Source: an uncultured Verrucomicrobiae bacterium
Lineage (GTDB): Bacteria > Verrucomicrobiota > Verrucomicrobiia > Limisphaerales > Palsa-1400
Direction: 5' to 3'
DNA: 64,000 nucleotides
Assembly: GCA_963764165.1 (NCBI GenBank)
Contig: CAVXRD010000004.1
Span: 480,001 to 544,000, forward strand
This document shows positions 60,810 through 64,000 of this stretch, one piece after another; positions within the stretch are counted from its first letter, which is position 1; every line of letters begins with the position of its first letter. The translations under genes were made by a program, and so were the position numbers. The notes under the pieces are model-generated. The model saw only the letters and a program-made list of their open reading frames with translations. It was not told where the DNA came from and did no database searches.

Positions 60810-63800
60810 TTACGGGACTTGGGCCGGGCCAAACGGCGTCTTCAACTGCAGCTCGAAAAACGCGTCCGCGTTGTTCGTTGTCGACACGGTGGTCTGAACC
60901 TGGCTCCCAACAACGACACTGGAAACCGTCGACGCAGGCACCCATGGCCCGGTCAGGTTGGTGCTTTGCATCAGTTGGAACAGCGGTGACACAGTGACGG
61001 GCACGGACACAATCGCTTTTCCGCCGGTCGACGGCGTGATGGCCAGCGTTGGCGCGGTGGTGTAGGAGAATATGAAGTCCGAGATATATTCAAACGAGGA
61101 AATCCCGCCGTCCGCGCCCGTAAATCCAACGTAGGCGCTGCCGTTCCCGATCGTGCCGAGAATATCAATCGCCACGTTGGTGGTGAAGGTTCCGGCTGAC
61201 GGATCGATAAAGGTGAGCTCCAAATTGTCGTTCTGATAATACATCTGAACGTAGATCCAGTCACCGCTGGCGATGTTGATCGGCCCCGTGCTTGAGTACG
61301 GGCCGGCATTTGTGCCATCAACAGCGATGTCGATTCCGGGCGCACCCACGGAACCGCTGTAGACGTCCAATTCAATTGCCACGCTTGGCGATATTCCAAG
61401 GTAGCCAAGGCCGCCGCCACCCGCGCCGACTGCGGTCACGCCGGTCGGTGAATTCTGCAAGGTGAAGGTCGCTCCGTCAGCGCCGCCGCCGCCATGATCT
61501 TGATACCAGAATGAGCCAACAAATCCACCCACATACTGTGCGGCATTATAGAACGCGCTGTTCGCTTCGCCGCCAAGTCCGAAGGTCAATTCGATCTGAT
61601 TCGAGGCAGTCAGAGTCGCCACCGAGGCCGAGCCAGAACCGGCGTTGAAGCTCCAATTGCTGCCGCCGCCAATGATCAGAACAGGCGGAGGCGTGGTTTC
61701 GCCCACAACGCTCGCCGTGGAACTGAACGTGGCGCCGTATTGGTTGGATACCGCCACGCTGTAGCCATTCGTTCCGGCCAAAGCAGCGAACGAATAGGTG
61801 GTATTGGTCGCCCCGGAAATTGGTGCGCCGTTGAGGAACCACTGGTAAGCGACCGATGCCGATCCTCCCGAGCCAGCGACAGAGTAATTCAGCGCCGTCC
61901 CTACCGGAACGTCCGACAGCAGAGGTGTCAAGTTCGTCGTCACCTGCGGCGGCGGGTAGGAGGTGGCAGCAGTTCCAAACACGCTGATCTCGCTGTAGCC
62001 GGAATAGCCATTCGGCACTCCAGGCGGAACGGTGAAGTCGACATAGATTGCGGCGACGTTGCTCGCCAGCAACCCGGACACGGGCGTGAACGTTGCACGA
62101 AGGACAGATTCCGTGTTGTTGGGCACCGCGGGGTTGTTGGCCACTTCGACCAAGGGGATGAAGTTCGTCGGATTCTCGATTGTCGAATAGGAGATCGTGT
62201 AGTACTGGGCGTCACGACCATTATCGTTCCAACCACCAGCGATTTCGAGTTTTGAAATGTTATCGCCATACGCGTTTGCATCCGGCAGCGAATACTCCAC
62301 GAACTGTCCAGCGTTCGGGCCACAAGTGGCAAAGGCCGGATGCGGTCCATTCGGGTTCATTTGGCCGTAATTGCCGTCCGTCAGAACCGGCAGGCCACCG
62401 GCTTGATCGTTGCTCAAGGGATCCGTGTCAGGGTCCTGGAAGTTGCCATTACCTTCGGCGACCGGATAAGCACCATAGATCAAACTCGCGCTGAGGGAAG
62501 ACGTATCCCAAGTCGGCCCAAACGTCGAATAATGCGATGTCTGGTAAGCCCAGGCGGTGACAATGTTGTTCGTCGCCGCCGGCATCGGGTCAACCTTGAC
62601 TGCGGTGGAACTGCTCACATTTGATCCCGAGGAATTATAAGCGGCAAGGTAGTAACTGCCAGTCATATTGGCGGTTAGCGGGCTCAAGTTCAATGTCGAG
62701 GACGTGGCGCCAGGCACGGCCACGCCATTCTGGAACCATTGGTAACTGTTAGCGCCACTAAAGGTGGCAGTAAGAATAATCTGGCTGCCAATGACGTCCT
62801 CCGCCGTCAAAACGTTAATGTCCTGCGTCAGCACCGGCACCGGCAAAGAGGGGTGCCCGCCCAGGCTGATTTCAGAGTAGCCTTCCCACCCGTTCTCAGC
62901 CTGGTTTCCTTGGAAGAAGAAGTTAACGAGAACGTAGGCGACGTTGTGAGCCAAAGCTCCCGAGGCTGGAATCATCTCTGTTCGCGTGGCCGAAGGCACG
63001 CCATTCGGGTTCGCCGGCAGGTAACTGACGGTCGGCAGCGGAATGAACGTTGAAGGATTCAAATAGGTTGCATAGGAAACTTGATATTCCTGTTGATCAC
63101 GACCGGAGTCACCCCAGCCGCCGTAAACCGTGACGTTGGTCAAATCCCATCCGAGCGATGCTGAGGAAGGCAGTGTGTAGGTTACTGAAATGCCGCCTTC
63201 ATTCGCCCCGCCAGCGGTAACCTCGGTCGGACTATCACCCACCCCGGGCCAATAAGTAATGTACCCGATTTTACCGTCTGTGAGCAAATCGGGCAGGGCA
63301 TTGGTGTAGGCATCCAGAGACAACAAATTAGCCTCGTTCCAGTTGCCGCCGCCGTCCGTCACATCGCCCGCTTCTTCCGTGTAGCCATAAATCAAGTCGG
63401 CGTTTGTGTCGATGGTCCACGTTGGATAAAAGTTAGTTGAAATTCCCGTTCCGCCCGGCCAGCCCAGTTGGTTGGCTTCCGTGATGATAAGGCCGTTGGT
63501 CGCCGCCGGAAGCGGATTCACCGTCACCGGCACTCCGGTGCTGTAGGAATAGCCGCCACCGACGTGGTTTGTTGCGTTGACAGCCTGAAGTTGATAAACG
63601 CCCGAGTTATTAGTGGTCAAACCGGAGATAAAGAGTGTGTTGGTCGTGTCCCCGAGCGTGCCGGGCGTGGTGACGGGAGATCCCACATTATTCGTCACGC
63701 CGTTAACAACCTGCTGCCATTGCAAGACAGCCGGGGGTGAATTACTGAAAGCAGCCGAAAGGGTCAATGAATCGCCCACCACCGCGATTTCGAGCGCGGG

Positions 63801-64000
63801 CAAGCTGTCTTGAACCAGATAGGGAGAGGGCGGCGCCGTTGGAGGCGCGGAGTTGATGCCTTGGAGAATGATTTGCGCATAACCCTGATAGCCATTATTG
63901 AAACTGCCCGCGCTCAACGGGTTAAATGTAAATTTCACATAAGCGACGCTCTGCGCTATGGGCGCCACTCCGTTTTCGGAAATCGCAATGCGATTTGCCA
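60810..64000 (-). CDS. Large secreted Ig-repeat plus legume(L)-type lectin-domain protein, 5'-truncated by the window
   Basis: Frame open to the window edge; YQW Ig motifs; repeated GWxDxGRDxQxY module; GADGATFTLQ...AYVGFTGADG lectin; C-terminal AFFEL module. Confidence 0.85.
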   Translation of the reverse strand, partial: ANRIAISENGVAPIAQSVAYVKFTFNPLSAGSFNNGYQGYAQIILQGINSAPPTAPPSPYLVQDSLPALEIAVVGDSLTLSAAFSNSPPAVLQWQQVVNGVTNNVGSPVTTPGTLGDTTNTLFISGLTTNNSGVYQLQAVNATNHVGGGYSYSTGVPVTVNPLPAATNGLIITEANQLGWPGGTGISTNFYPTWTIDTNADLIYGYTEEAGDVTDGGGNWNEANLLSLDAYTNALPDLLTDGKIGYITYWPGVGDSPTEVTAGGANEGGISVTYTLPSSASLGWDLTNVTVYGGWGDSGRDQQEYQVSYATYLNPSTFIPLPTVSYLPANPNGVPSATRTEMIPASGALAHNVAYVLVNFFFQGNQAENGWEGYSEISLGGHPSLPVPVLTQDINVLTAEDVIGSQIILTATFSGANSYQWFQNGVAVPGATSSTLNLSPLTANMTGSYYLAAYNSSGSNVSSSTAVKVDPMPAATNNIVTAWAYQTSHYSTFGPTWDTSSLSASLIYGAYPVAEGNGNFQDPDTDPLSNDQAGGLPVLTDGNYGQMNPNGPHPAFATCGPNAGQFVEYSLPDANAYGDNISKLEIAGGWNDNGRDAQYYTISYSTIENPTNFIPLVEVANNPAVPNNTESVLRATFTPVSGLLASNVAAIYVDFTVPPGVPNGYSGYSEISVFGTAATSYPPPQVTTNLTPLLSDVPVGTALNYSVAGSGGSASVAYQWFLNGAPISGATNTTYSFAALAGTNGYSVAVSNQYGATFSSTASVVGETTPPPVLIIGGGSNWSFNAGSGSASVATLTASNQIELTFGLGGEANSAFYNAAQYVGGFVGSFWYQDHGGGGADGATFTLQNSPTGVTAVGAGGGGLGYLGISPSVAIELDVYSGSVGAPGIDIAVDGTNAGPYSSTGPINIASGDWIYVQMYYQNDNLELTFIDPSAGTFTTNVAIDILGTIGNGSAYVGFTGADGGISSFEYISDFIFSYTTAPTLAITPSTGGKAIVSVPVTVSPLFQLMQSTNLTGPWVPASTVSSVVVGSQVQTTVSTTNNADAFFELQLKTPFGPAQVP

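Overview
GC-rich bacterial DNA whose gene repertoire (H-X9-DG prepilins, propeller histidine kinase, giant Ig/LamG/PKD surface proteins, many REP-like palindromes) suggests Verrucomicrobiota (inference). Layout: (1) 1-~5.6 kb is the probable right end of a prophage: tailspike-like gene, holin-like and spanin-like genes, an att-like site, then a structured non-coding stretch ending in a strong terminator. (2) 6.3-19.5 kb holds an alpha-2-macroglobulin with an intact thioester whose bait region is replaced by six transmembrane helices ending in a type IV pilin-like helix, followed by tex, an ABC-F ATPase, tRNA-Arg(TCT) and a two-component pair. (3) 19.9-37 kb is an accessory region. Most of it lies between two paralogous iteron-like repeat cassettes: ISL3, an unclassified Rep_trans-like transposase element inserted in a REP-like palindrome, three antitoxins whose toxins are destroyed, a DUF6602 nuclease convergent with a SAMD9-like SIR2-STAND-TPR-OB protein, and a PKD/beta-propeller protein. 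A RelB-MazF pair lies just beyond the second cassette. (4) 37-64 kb encodes a glycosidase, DUF3472-like proteins, giant secreted proteins sharing a C-terminal 'FYR(L/I)' module, and neighbouring prepilins. All family calls come from motif recognition by eye; no searches were run.
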